From Phycisphaera mikurensis NBRC 102666 (GTDB lineage: Bacteria > Planctomycetota > Phycisphaerae > Phycisphaerales > Phycisphaeraceae): a stretch of DNA of 32,000 bases. Below are positions 17,653 to 26,264 of the stretch, in pieces. A program made the translations under genes and the position numbers. Every line of letters begins with the position of its first letter. Position 1 is the stretch's first letter. The notes under the pieces were generated by a model, which saw nothing but the letters and a program-made list of their open reading frames with translations, was not told the origin of the DNA and did not search any database. The stretch is taken from positions 3,330,001-3,362,000 of the forward strand of contig NC_017080.1 in the NCBI RefSeq assembly GCF_000284115.1. The letters are read 5' to 3'.

Positions 17653-19493
17653 GCCGCCACCGCCGTTCGAGCCGCGTCCTCGCCCTCGTCCGCGGGCGGC
17701 GGACCCGGCGCGGCGTCCTCGCCGAACTCGTCGCGGTGGGTGACACGCAGCGCTTCCTCGAGGTTGCAGACGCCGGCGATCGCGAGGGCGACGCCCTCGT
17801 CCCGCAGCGTCCGGCCGCCCTGGGCCGCCCAGCGGCGGCCGATCTCCTGGGCGCTCGCGCCGGTGTGGATCCCCCGGCGAAGCGGCCCGTCGACGGCCAT
17901 CACCTCGTAGACGCCGCGCCGGCCGAGCATGCCGCTGTTGTGGCACTTCTCGCACCCGGTGCCCTGGCTGAAGGCGCCCTCGTGCGCGGGATCCAGCCCG
18001 GCGTCCTCCAGCGCCTCCGCCGGCGGCCGGTAGCGCGTGCGGCAGTGCGGGCAGACGGTCCGCACGAGCCGCTGGGCCACCACGCCGTTGAGCGCGGCCG
18101 AGAGCAGGTACGTCGGCACGCCCATGTCCAGCAGCCGGGTGACGGCACCCGGGGCGTCGTTGGTGTGCAGCGTCGCGAGGACGGCGTGCCCGGTGAGCGC
18201 GGCCTGCACGGCCGTCCGCGCCGTCGCCTCGTCGCGGATCTCGCCGATCATGATGACGTCGGGGTCCTGGCGGAGGATGCTGCGCAGCGCGCGGGGGAAG
18301 GACAGGCCGACCGCCTCGCCCACCTGGATCTGGTTGATGAAGTCCAGCTGGTACTCGACGGGGTCCTCCACCGTCATCACGTTCTTCTCGGGGCTCCGCA
18401 GAAGGTCCAGCGCCGAGTACAGCGTCGTGGTCTTGCCGCTGCCGGTGGGGCCGGTCACCAGCGTCAAGCCGTGGGGTCGCTTGAGCACGCCCATCAGCGT
18501 CTCGAGCTGCTCGTGGGTCAGCCCCAGCTCCTCCATGCGGACGCGGAGGTTCCGCTTGTCGAGCACGCGGATCACCAGCTTCTCGCCGAGCAGCGTCGGC
18601 ATCGACGACACGCGCAGGTCGATGTCGCGGCCCTCCGCCTTGAGCCGCACGCGGCCCTCCTGCGGCAGCCGCTTCTCGGCGATGTCCATCTTGCCGATGA
18701 CCTTCAGCCGCGAGACGATCGCGGCGTGCATGCCCGCCGGCGGGCTCATCAGCTCGCGCAGCACGCCGTCGACGCGGTAGCGGATCCGCGTCGCACGGCC
18801 CGCGGGCTCGACGTGGACATCGCTGGCGCCGTCCTTGATCGCCGAGAGCAGCGCGACGTTCACGAGGTTGACGATGGGGCTGCCCTCGACCATCCGCTCC
18901 AGCGTGGAGCCGGCCTCGATCTCGACGGCCTCCTGGTCGACCACCTCGACGTCTTGCTGCACGTCGGTCTTGGCGAGCTGAGAGAGGAAGGCGCCCACGT
19001 CGACGCTGGTCGAGGCGTAGCGCCCGATGAACTCCTCGATCTGGCCCTCCAGCGCCAGCACCGGCCGGATGCGGCAGCCCGACATCGCGGCCAGCCGGTC
19101 GATCGTGTCCAGCGACTGCGGCTCGGCCATCGCCACCGTCAGCTCGCCGTGCACGCGGAACAGCGGCAGCGACCGCAGCTTCCGGCACGCCTCCGGGCCG
19201 AAGAGAACCAGCAGCGCCGGGTCGATCAGGCCGTGCCGCAGCGTGATGGCCGGGACCGCCAGCGCCTCGCCGAGCACGGCGAGCAGCTGGCGGCCGGTGA
19301 GGACCTCCATGTCGATGAGCACCTCGCCGAGCCGCCGCCCGCCGCTGCGCTGGCGTTGGAGCGCCGTCCGCAGCTGCTCGGGCGTGATGGCGCCGGAGTC
19401 GACGAGCAGGTCGCCGATCCGGGGGCCGCTGCCGGCGGCCGGGGCGGCGTCCGCGGCGGCCTCCGACGGGTGCCCGGGGGAGACCGCTCTCAC
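17649..19493 (-). CDS. GspE/PilB-family secretion/assembly ATPase with MshEN-like N-terminal domain
   Basis: GTG at 19493 overlaps upstream TGA. Walker A VTGPTGSGKTTTLYSAL, SILRQDPDVIMIGEIRD, ATLHTNDA, and tetracysteine CPHC...CEKC. Confidence 0.95.
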   Translation of the reverse strand: MRAVSPGHPSEAAADAAPAAGSGPRIGDLLVDSGAITPEQLRTALQRQRSGGRRLGEVLIDMEVLTGRQLLAVLGEALAVPAITLRHGLIDPALLVLFGPEACRKLRSLPLFRVHGELTVAMAEPQSLDTIDRLAAMSGCRIRPVLALEGQIEEFIGRYASTSVDVGAFLSQLAKTDVQQDVEVVDQEAVEIEAGSTLERMVEGSPIVNLVNVALLSAIKDGASDVHVEPAGRATRIRYRVDGVLRELMSPPAGMHAAIVSRLKVIGKMDIAEKRLPQEGRVRLKAEGRDIDLRVSSMPTLLGEKLVIRVLDKRNLRVRMEELGLTHEQLETLMGVLKRPHGLTLVTGPTGSGKTTTLYSALDLLRSPEKNVMTVEDPVEYQLDFINQIQVGEAVGLSFPRALRSILRQDPDVIMIGEIRDEATARTAVQAALTGHAVLATLHTNDAPGAVTRLLDMGVPTYLLSAALNGVVAQRLVRTVCPHCRTRYRPPAEALEDAGLDPAHEGAFSQGTGCEKCHNSGMLGRRGVYEVMAVDGPLRRGIHTGASAQEIGRRWAAQGGRTLRDEGVALAIAGVCNLEEALRVTHRDEFGEDAAPGPPPADEGEDAARTAVAA

Positions 19494-19858
19494 AGGAAGC
19501 TCCTCGCGGCGTCTTCCGCGTCGTCGTGGTGGTCGAAGGCCTCGTGCTGGCCCGTGATTTCCAGGATCGTGGCGATGGCGGAGGTCGCCCCGCAAAGGCG
19601 GAGGGTGAGCCCGCCGTCCTCGAGCCGGCCGGCCGCGTCGACGAGCGACTCCAGGCCGATGCTGTCCAGGGCCGCAACGCCCGAGAGATCGACGACCAGC
19701 CGCCCCAGCGTGCGGACCTCCTCCTCGGCCAGGAGCTCCGCGAAGGAGGCCGCGGCCTCCCCGGTGAGCGACCCGCGGGGGGCGAGCACGGTGACCCCGC
19801 CGATCCGCTGCACGCGGGTGCCGGCGGGGGCTTCGGGTTGCTCCGCGGGGCGGCTCAC
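19490..19858 (-). CDS. STAS-domain protein (anti-sigma-factor-antagonist-like)
   Basis: 122 aa, GTG start: LVVDLSGVAALDSIGLESLVDAAGRLEDGGLTLRLCGATSAIATILEITGQHEAF; Ser in DSIGL corresponds to the SpoIIAA-type phosphosite. Confidence 0.88.
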   Translation of the reverse strand: MSRPAEQPEAPAGTRVQRIGGVTVLAPRGSLTGEAAASFAELLAEEEVRTLGRLVVDLSGVAALDSIGLESLVDAAGRLEDGGLTLRLCGATSAIATILEITGQHEAFDHHDDAEDAARSFL

Positions 19859-19859
19859 C

Positions 19860-21488
19860 TCAGGCGGCCCTCCGCGGCGCCGATTCGTCCGCGGCGTCCG
19901 CGCCGATCGAGCCCGCGACGCGGTGCTCCGGCGAGCCGCCCCGCAGCGGGATCCTCAGGACGAACGCGGCGCCGACGCCGCCGTCCCCGTCGGACACGGT
20001 CAGCGTGCCCTCGTGCAGCGCCGCCACCTCGGCGGCCAGCGGCAGCCCCAGCCCGGTTCCCTCCGGCTGCGCCTCGCCGGCCGCCGCGTCGTGCGTGCCG
20101 CGGAAGAACGGCTCGAAGACCTTCTCACGCTCCTCGGCCCGCACGCCCGGCCCGTCGTCGACCACCCGGACCTCCAGCACCTCGTGCGCCACCGCCGCGT
20201 GAACAACGGTCCGCCCGCCGCGGCGGCCGTACTTCACGGCGTTGCCCACCAGGTTGTGCAGCAGCATCGAGAGCTTCTCGCGGTCGCCCTGCAGCACCGG
20301 CAGGTTCGGCTCGGCGTCGAGCGTGAGCGTCTGCTCCCGCGAGGCCGCGGCGGCCCGGTGCTCCTCGACCACCTTGGGCAGCAGCGTTGCCCAGGCCACG
20401 TCGTCCGAGGCGGCTTTGAGGCTGCCCGCTTTGATCTGCGAGACCGAGAGCACCTCGTCGATGAGGCGGGCGAGGCGGAGCACCTCGCCGTTGACGTGGT
20501 TGAGGCACTCGGCCCGCTCGGCCGCGGCCTCGGCCCCGGGGGTGGTCCCCAGGTCGATCGCCCGCTCGGCGTGCAGCTGCATGTTCTGCAGCGGTGCCCG
20601 CAGCTCGTGGCTGGCCTGCGCCACGAAGAGGTCGCGGGCCCGGTCGGCCGCCCGCTGCTGCGTGACGTCCTCGAGCAGCAGCAACGCCCCGCCGCCGGCG
20701 GCGGCCTGGCCGGCCCGCTTGCCGCCGCCCGCGGCTGCGCGCAGCGGCCGCAGCGTCACACGCAGCACCGACTCGCCCGCCGGCCCGGCGGGCACCTCTG
20801 CGCTGCCGCCCCGCCGCTCGAGCCCGGCCGCCACGGCCGACGCCCGGCCGGCGATGCCCTCCTCCGCGAAGAGCTCCTGAACCGACGCCTCCAGCAGGTC
20901 GGCCCGCGGCCGACGCAGCAGGCGCGCCGCCGCGCCGTTGGCCCGCGTGACCCGCCCGTCGCCGCCGAGCACCACCAGGCCGTGCGGCACGGCGTCGAAC
21001 GCGGCCGGGTCCTCGCCGGGCGCGGCGGACGGGGCGGCGGCCACGCCGGCCGCGCCGGCCGCGCCACCGACGCCGCCGCCGGCGGCGATGCGGGCGAGCA
21101 GGCGGTTCCAGTCGGCCGCGGGCTTGGCCGAGGTCCGGGTGATCTCCAGCAGAGCCGGGGCGACGCGGCCGTCGGCGAGGTCGGCGACGGCCCGCACGAC
21201 CAGCGTCTGCGCCCCGCTGCGCCACGCCAGCACCCCCACCGCCGCCATCAGCCCCAGCCCCCCCGCCGCGACCCCGGCCGAGGCCGCCGCCGTCGCGCCC
21301 GCCTCCGCCACCCCGCCGGGCACGAGGTAGCCCGCCGCCAGAGCCGCCCCCGAGAGCCCCGCCAGCGCCAGCGACAGCCCCCGCCCGTGGCGGCCCGCCC
21401 AGGCCGCGAAGCCCGGCATCGCGGCCGCGGCCGCCGACGCCGACGCGGAAGCGGGCGTTCTCGGCTCGGCGGTCCTCTCTTGCGGCAT
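19860..21488 (-). CDS. Membrane-associated PAS-containing sensor histidine kinase
   Basis: Two N-terminal TM segments; PAS-like FDAVPHGLVVLGGDGRVTRANGAAARLL; H-box FVAQASHELRAPLQNM; N-box HNLVGNAVKYG; VVDDGPGV; GTGLGLPLA. Confidence 0.93.
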   Translation of the reverse strand: MPQERTAEPRTPASASASAAAAAMPGFAAWAGRHGRGLSLALAGLSGAALAAGYLVPGGVAEAGATAAASAGVAAGGLGLMAAVGVLAWRSGAQTLVVRAVADLADGRVAPALLEITRTSAKPAADWNRLLARIAAGGGVGGAAGAAGVAAAPSAAPGEDPAAFDAVPHGLVVLGGDGRVTRANGAAARLLRRPRADLLEASVQELFAEEGIAGRASAVAAGLERRGGSAEVPAGPAGESVLRVTLRPLRAAAGGGKRAGQAAAGGGALLLLEDVTQQRAADRARDLFVAQASHELRAPLQNMQLHAERAIDLGTTPGAEAAAERAECLNHVNGEVLRLARLIDEVLSVSQIKAGSLKAASDDVAWATLLPKVVEEHRAAAASREQTLTLDAEPNLPVLQGDREKLSMLLHNLVGNAVKYGRRGGRTVVHAAVAHEVLEVRVVDDGPGVRAEEREKVFEPFFRGTHDAAAGEAQPEGTGLGLPLAAEVAALHEGTLTVSDGDGGVGAAFVLRIPLRGGSPEHRVAGSIGADAADESAPRRAA

Positions 21489-21658
21489 GATCGGCGGGTC
21501 CGGTTGCCCACGGAAGCAGGAACGCCGCTGCCATCGGCACGAACGCAGCCCTCCTTGACGCGCCAGGCCGCCCCATCGGCCGCGCCGTGCCGCGGATCCC
21601 GCACGCCCGCTTGCCTCGGTCGGACCCGCATCGCACCCGGGTCCGCCCCGGCGGGGGC

Positions 21659-21704
21659 CCGCGGACCGTCGGCGGCACGAGCCGCCGGCGGCCGCGGTCC
21701 GCGG
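21659..21704. terminator. Copy C of dispersed hairpin family CCGCGGACCG-N26-CGGTCCGCGG
   Basis: cccgcggaccg (21658-21668) / cggtccgcggg (21695-21705), with an inner GGCGGC-acga-GCCGCC stem in the 26-nt spacer. Confidence 0.5.
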
Positions 21705-21723
21705 GATGGGCTCCCTGCGGCGA

Positions 21724-21741
21724 CCCCGCCCCGGGGCGGGG
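21724..21741. terminator. 18-bp perfect palindrome CCCCGCCCCGGGGCGGGG just past MFS stop
   Basis: Directly readable palindrome 6 nt downstream (minus strand) of the MFS TAA stop at 21748-21750. No T-tract; terminator role is inferred. Confidence 0.35.
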
Positions 21742-21747
21742 CCTCGC

Positions 21748-23121
21748 TTAGGCGTCCTCGGCCCGCCCGCCGCCCGCCGCCGCGAGGCGTCGCTGCAGGA
21801 AGACGAAGCCCAGCCACGACAGGAACGACAGCCCCGCCGTCGCCGCGAAGAGCCACGCCCCGATCCCCCCGAAGGCCGGCAGCCCGACCCGCTCCACCGC
21901 CGGCCAGCCCGCGAACAGGGCCGTCCCGAGGAAGGGCGCGAAGGCCCCCCGCACCCCCGTCAGCGTCTGGTGGATCGCCATGTACGTCGGCACCAGCCGA
22001 CGGTCGGCGAAGTCGTTGTGGCCCAGCTGCCACGCCAGCACCCCGCCGCCGCGCATGAAGCCCCAGCCCGCCGCCGCCGCGTACATCAGCGGCAGCGAGG
22101 CGAACCACGCCGCCAGGAACATCACCGACTGGTTCAGCACCCACGTCATCGCGTGCCCGATGCGGAAGCGCGCGATGTGGTTCGCGTCGAGCCGGCGCGA
22201 CCACCAGGGCATCGACAGCGTCGCGATCAACAGCGGCACCGCCGCCGAGATCAGCATGCCCTGCGTGTTCTGCGTCCGGGGGGCGACCGCCGCCAGGTGC
22301 TCGATCACCATCAGCGTGAAGGCGGTGATCGCCATCATGTTCGCCACGCCGCCGGCGAACTGGCAAGCCAGGTAGAAGCGGTAGACGCGGTCCTGCGCCA
22401 GCACCGACCACACCGTGTGCGGCTTCCCGGAGGCCTGCCGCGGCGCGTCCGCCTCGTGCGGCCGCCGCTCGTCGCGGAGCAGCCGCCGCTCGCCCCGCAC
22501 GCGCACCCGCCAGAAGCTGCGCACGCCGAGGAATCCGATCGCCGCGGCCAGCGGGAACACCACGCGGAAGCTCCAGGGGCGCCAGTCCAGCAGCGGGCCG
22601 ACCGCGAGCGGGACCGCCATGAGGATCACCGTCGCGGTGAGCACGAACTTCGTCGTGATCGTCGCGCGCAGGCTCCTCGGGAAGTTCATCCGCCAGATCG
22701 TGCTGCGCACGTTCACGACGCCCGCCAGCACCACCCGCGCCGCGACGGCGAGCACGACGAGCAGAGAGGGCCCCGGGCCCGTCGTCGGGAGCAGCGCGAT
22801 CGCCGCAACGAGCACCAGCGACGCCGCCATCAGCCACGAGGTCACCGCCACCTTCGGCTTCCCCCGGGCGACCCGCGTCCAGACCAGCGAGGTGAGATTC
22901 GCGAACATCGGCGCCGCCACGATCGTCGCGAAGCCGAGGTTCCCGACGCCGAAGACGTTCTTCGCGACGACCGCGATGACGCCGCCCTCGAGCAGCGCGA
23001 GGGCGAAGGGCACGGTCATCGCCGCGCGGATCTCGTGGTGGTACGCCTGCCGCGTCATCGGCGGCTGCGCGGCCGTGCGGAAGCCGGCCAGCGGGTTGGG
23101 CAGCGTTGCGGACCGGCTCAC
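21748..23121 (-). CDS. MFS-family transporter
   Basis: About 457 aa, polytopic (AYHHEIRAAMTVPFALALLEGGVIAVVAKNVFG...; GHNDFADRRLVPTYMAIHQTLTGVRGAFAPFLG). Start may be GTG 23121, GTG 23139 or ATG 23058. Confidence 0.8.
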   Translation of the reverse strand: MSRSATLPNPLAGFRTAAQPPMTRQAYHHEIRAAMTVPFALALLEGGVIAVVAKNVFGVGNLGFATIVAAPMFANLTSLVWTRVARGKPKVAVTSWLMAASLVLVAAIALLPTTGPGPSLLVVLAVAARVVLAGVVNVRSTIWRMNFPRSLRATITTKFVLTATVILMAVPLAVGPLLDWRPWSFRVVFPLAAAIGFLGVRSFWRVRVRGERRLLRDERRPHEADAPRQASGKPHTVWSVLAQDRVYRFYLACQFAGGVANMMAITAFTLMVIEHLAAVAPRTQNTQGMLISAAVPLLIATLSMPWWSRRLDANHIARFRIGHAMTWVLNQSVMFLAAWFASLPLMYAAAAGWGFMRGGGVLAWQLGHNDFADRRLVPTYMAIHQTLTGVRGAFAPFLGTALFAGWPAVERVGLPAFGGIGAWLFAATAGLSFLSWLGFVFLQRRLAAAGGGRAEDA

Positions 23122-23165
23122 GGCGCACCGTAGTCCCACCGTGGTCCGCGGCCGTACAAGGGGGT

Positions 23166-23765
23166 GTGCCCGATCCCGCCCTGACGCCCGAGCTGCTCCT
23201 CCGCGCCTACGCCAGCGGCGTCTTCCCGATGGCGAGCGAGACCTCGGCCGGAGCGGTCGGCTTCTACGCCGCCGACCCCCGCGCCATCCTCCCGCTCGAC
23301 GGCGGCTTCCGGGTGCGGCGCTCGCTGGCGAAGCGGGTCCGCAACGGCGGCTTCGAGGTCACGGCGGACGCCGACTTCGCGGCCGTCGTCGACGCCTGCG
23401 CCGCCCCGCGGCGCGGGTCGCCGGGGACGTGGATCAATGCGGCCATCCGCGACGCCTTCGTGGGGCTGCACCGCCTGGGCCACGCCCACAGCGTGGAGGC
23501 CCGCCGCGGCGGCGAGCTCGTCGGCGGGCTCTACGGGCTCGCGCTCGGCGGCGCGTTCTTCGGCGAGTCGATGTTCTCGCGTTGTCCCGATGCGAGCCAG
23601 GTCTGCCTGGTCCGGCTGGTCGAGCGGCTGCGGGCCGGCGGCTTCGTGCTGCTCGACTCGCAGTACCACAACCCGCACCTGATGCAGTTCGGGATGCAGG
23701 AGATCCCCGCCGCGGAATACCAGCGGCGGCTGTCCGCGGCGCTGGAGGTCGACGGACGCTGGTAG
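23166..23765 (+). CDS. aat: Leucyl/phenylalanyl-tRNA--protein transferase
   Basis: GTG at 23166: MPDPALTPELLLRAYASGVFPMA...FYAADPRAILPLD...FAAVVDACA...TWINAAIRDAFVGLHRLGHAHSVEARRGGELVGGLYGLALGGAFFGESMFSR...HLMQFGMQEIP. Confidence 0.96.
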   Translation: MPDPALTPELLLRAYASGVFPMASETSAGAVGFYAADPRAILPLDGGFRVRRSLAKRVRNGGFEVTADADFAAVVDACAAPRRGSPGTWINAAIRDAFVGLHRLGHAHSVEARRGGELVGGLYGLALGGAFFGESMFSRCPDASQVCLVRLVERLRAGGFVLLDSQYHNPHLMQFGMQEIPAAEYQRRLSAALEVDGRW

Positions 23766-23820
23766 CCGCCGGGCGATCTCCTGAGCGGTCAACCCGGTGG
23801 GCCGGGGCGCGAGCGCACGC

Positions 23821-24195
23821 TCAGGGCAGCACGAGCGTCTGGCCGACGTTCAGCCGGCCGGGGTCGATACCGGGATTGGCCGCGGCGATGTCTCGCCACT
23901 TGGTCTCGCTGCCGTACTGGCGGCGGGCGATGCCCATGAGCGTGTCGCCCTTGGCAACCGTGTACAGCCCGCCGGCGGGGCCGACGGGGGCGGGGGCCAT
24001 GGCCTCGGGGCCGGCGAACGCCGCCGAGCCGGCACCGGCGGCGGACCGGCCGTCCTCCACGGGCGGGAGCGCCACCGACACCAGCGGCCGCGGCTGGATC
24101 GGCTCCACCGGCGCTTTCTCACGCGGCGGGGCGACGCAGCCGGCGGCGGCGGAGAAGGCGACGAGGACGGCGGGCAGCAGGCGGGAGGCGGGCAT
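23821..24195 (-). CDS. LysM-domain lipoprotein
   Basis: MPASRLLPAVLVAFSAAAGC lipoprotein signal; LYTVAKGDTLMGIARRQYGSETKWRDIAAANPGIDPGRLNVGQTLVLP LysM. Confidence 0.9.
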   Translation of the reverse strand: MPASRLLPAVLVAFSAAAGCVAPPREKAPVEPIQPRPLVSVALPPVEDGRSAAGAGSAAFAGPEAMAPAPVGPAGGLYTVAKGDTLMGIARRQYGSETKWRDIAAANPGIDPGRLNVGQTLVLP

Positions 24196-24326
24196 GGGCG
24201 GGCTCGGGCAGACGGAACGCCCGTGTTTTACCCGGCGGCGGCGGCGGGTGGATCCCAGCCCCCGCGGTGCGTGGGCCCATCACGCACGGCCGGCGCCCGC
24301 CGGTGTGGCTGCGCGCGGGGGACGCG

Positions 24327-26234
24327 CTAGCTGATCGCGATGGGCGGCAGCGGGATGCCCATGGCCTCGGCGACCACCCGGAGCAGCTCGGCTTCCTGTC
24401 GATCGGTCACGCCGTCCTCCTTCACGGCGGCGGTGCAGGCGGCGAGCACGGCACGCTTGCCGCCGGGGCGGAGGCGGGCGAGCCGCTCGAGGGCGGCGCC
24501 GAAGCGCTCGCGGGTGAGCGGCTCGGCGGGCGGGGCCGGGGCGGGGCCGCCGGCCCGACGCAGCGCCTCGGCCGCGGCGGCGAAGGCCGCGGCCGGGTCG
24601 CCGGCGGCGGAGCAGAGCGCCGCGAGCACCGTGCCGGCGGCATCGGCTTCGGCCGCGAGCTTCCGCCCGCCGCCGCGGGCATCGTCCCCGCGGGCGTCGC
24701 CGCCGTGGTGCCCGCCGACCTGACGCTCCAGCACCTCCAACAGCGCCCACTCGAACCGATCCGTCCGGTCGTCGGCGGCGACCAGGGCCTCCACCAGGCC
24801 CCGCAGCTTGCGGTACTCGTACGCCGCCATGCCCGACAGCGCCGGCACGCACAGGCTCAGCACCGGAAGCCGCAGCGACCGATCCAGCCGGACCGTCGGC
24901 GGCGCCAGCCGCACGGCCTCCCGCAGCACCGCCTCGTTCAGGCCGCTCTCGAGCAGGCGGAACTGCCGCTCCCGCACCGCGTCGTCGCGGTCGAGCAGCA
25001 GGCAGAGCAGCACCGCCTGCGCGCCGACGCTGCGCCGGGCCGCGTCCCGCAGCGCCTCGGGCACGCCCGCCAGCACCCGCGGCCCCTCGTCCGCGTCGAA
25101 GGTGCCCGCCTCGCCCACGCGCGGCACGCCCGCCGCCGGGCCGCCGCCGGCGAAGCCCGCCGCCGCCGCGGACCGCCGGGTGTTTCCGCCGTCTTCCTCG
25201 GCGGTCCGCGGCGTGGCCCCGTCCCAGGAGGGGTCCAGCCGCTTGATCCGCTCCGGCAGCGGCGGGTGCGTCGCGAACGCCCCGCCGAAGCTGCTCACCG
25301 CGTTGCCGAACATCATGTGCGCCGACTCCGCCGCGTGCGGCGTCCTCAGCTTGGCGCCGTCCTCGAAGCCGCCGATCACCTTCAGCGCCCCGGCGATGCC
25401 GTCGGGGTTCCGGGTGAACTGCACCGCGCTCGCGTCGGCGAGGAACTCGCGCTGCCGCGAAACGGCCGCCTGGATCAGCCGCCCGAAGATCACGCCCACG
25501 AAGCCGATCGCCATCAGCCCGAAGGCGATGACGATGATCGCCACCTGGCCCCCGCCGCCCTCCCGGTCGTTTCCACGGCGGACACGGACGCCGCCGGAGT
25601 ACCACATGCCCCGGAGGATCGTGCCGCCGATGACCTGCAGGATCATCACCCCGAAGATGACGCCCATCAGCTTGATGTTCAGCCGCATGTCGCCGTTTAG
25701 GATGTGGCTGAACTCGTGGGCCATCACGCCCTGGAGCTCGTCGCGGCTGAGCTTCTCGATCGCCCCGCGCGTGACGCCGATCACCGCCCGCTCGGGCGTG
25801 TAGCCCGCCGCGAAGGCGTTGATGCCCGCCTCGTTCTCCATGAGAAACACCGGCGGCACCGGCAGCCCCGACGCGATGGCCATCTCCTCGACGACGTTCA
25901 TCACCTTCCGCTGGTCGGGATCGACGGTGTCGGGATCGATGCGGCGGCCGCCGAGGCTCCGGGCGACCGTCTCGCCGCCGCCGGCGCGGAGCTGGGCCAC
26001 CTTCCCCAGCGAGCCGCCGCCCACGAGCAGGCCGACGCCCGCGGCGGTGAGGCCGAGCAGCTCCAGCCAGGGGATCGAGGCCGGCAGGCCCTCACCGCCG
26101 CCGGCGGTCATCGTGAAGGCGACGATCACGAGGCCATAGACCAGCGCGGTGATGCAGATCACCGCGAGGACGAACAGGAAGATCAGCTTCGTCGTCTGGG
26201 CGCGGGCCCGGTCCTGGTGCTCGAAGAAGTCCAT
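24327..26234 (-). CDS. M48-family (HtpX/Ste24-like) membrane metalloprotease with long C-terminal extension
   Basis: ATG at 26234 (MDFFEHQDRARAQTTKLIFLFVLAVICITALVYG); HEFSH (HExxH) in LQGVMAHEFSHILNGDMRLN; EFLADASAVQFTRNP. Confidence 0.92.
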   Translation of the reverse strand: MDFFEHQDRARAQTTKLIFLFVLAVICITALVYGLVIVAFTMTAGGGEGLPASIPWLELLGLTAAGVGLLVGGGSLGKVAQLRAGGGETVARSLGGRRIDPDTVDPDQRKVMNVVEEMAIASGLPVPPVFLMENEAGINAFAAGYTPERAVIGVTRGAIEKLSRDELQGVMAHEFSHILNGDMRLNIKLMGVIFGVMILQVIGGTILRGMWYSGGVRVRRGNDREGGGGQVAIIVIAFGLMAIGFVGVIFGRLIQAAVSRQREFLADASAVQFTRNPDGIAGALKVIGGFEDGAKLRTPHAAESAHMMFGNAVSSFGGAFATHPPLPERIKRLDPSWDGATPRTAEEDGGNTRRSAAAAGFAGGGPAAGVPRVGEAGTFDADEGPRVLAGVPEALRDAARRSVGAQAVLLCLLLDRDDAVRERQFRLLESGLNEAVLREAVRLAPPTVRLDRSLRLPVLSLCVPALSGMAAYEYRKLRGLVEALVAADDRTDRFEWALLEVLERQVGGHHGGDARGDDARGGGRKLAAEADAAGTVLAALCSAAGDPAAAFAAAAEALRRAGGPAPAPPAEPLTRERFGAALERLARLRPGGKRAVLAACTAAVKEDGVTDRQEAELLRVVAEAMGIPLPPIAIS

Positions 26235-26264
26235 GGGCGTGGCATCGCTTGGCAGCGATCCGAG

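Noticed and set aside
17736-22058. 1440-aa plus-strand ORF opposite GspE, STAS and the histidine kinase
   Set aside because: Runs antisense to strongly supported genes; composition is His/Arg/Gly/Val-rich with no recognisable motif. Typical artefact of high-GC DNA where stops are rare on the opposite strand.
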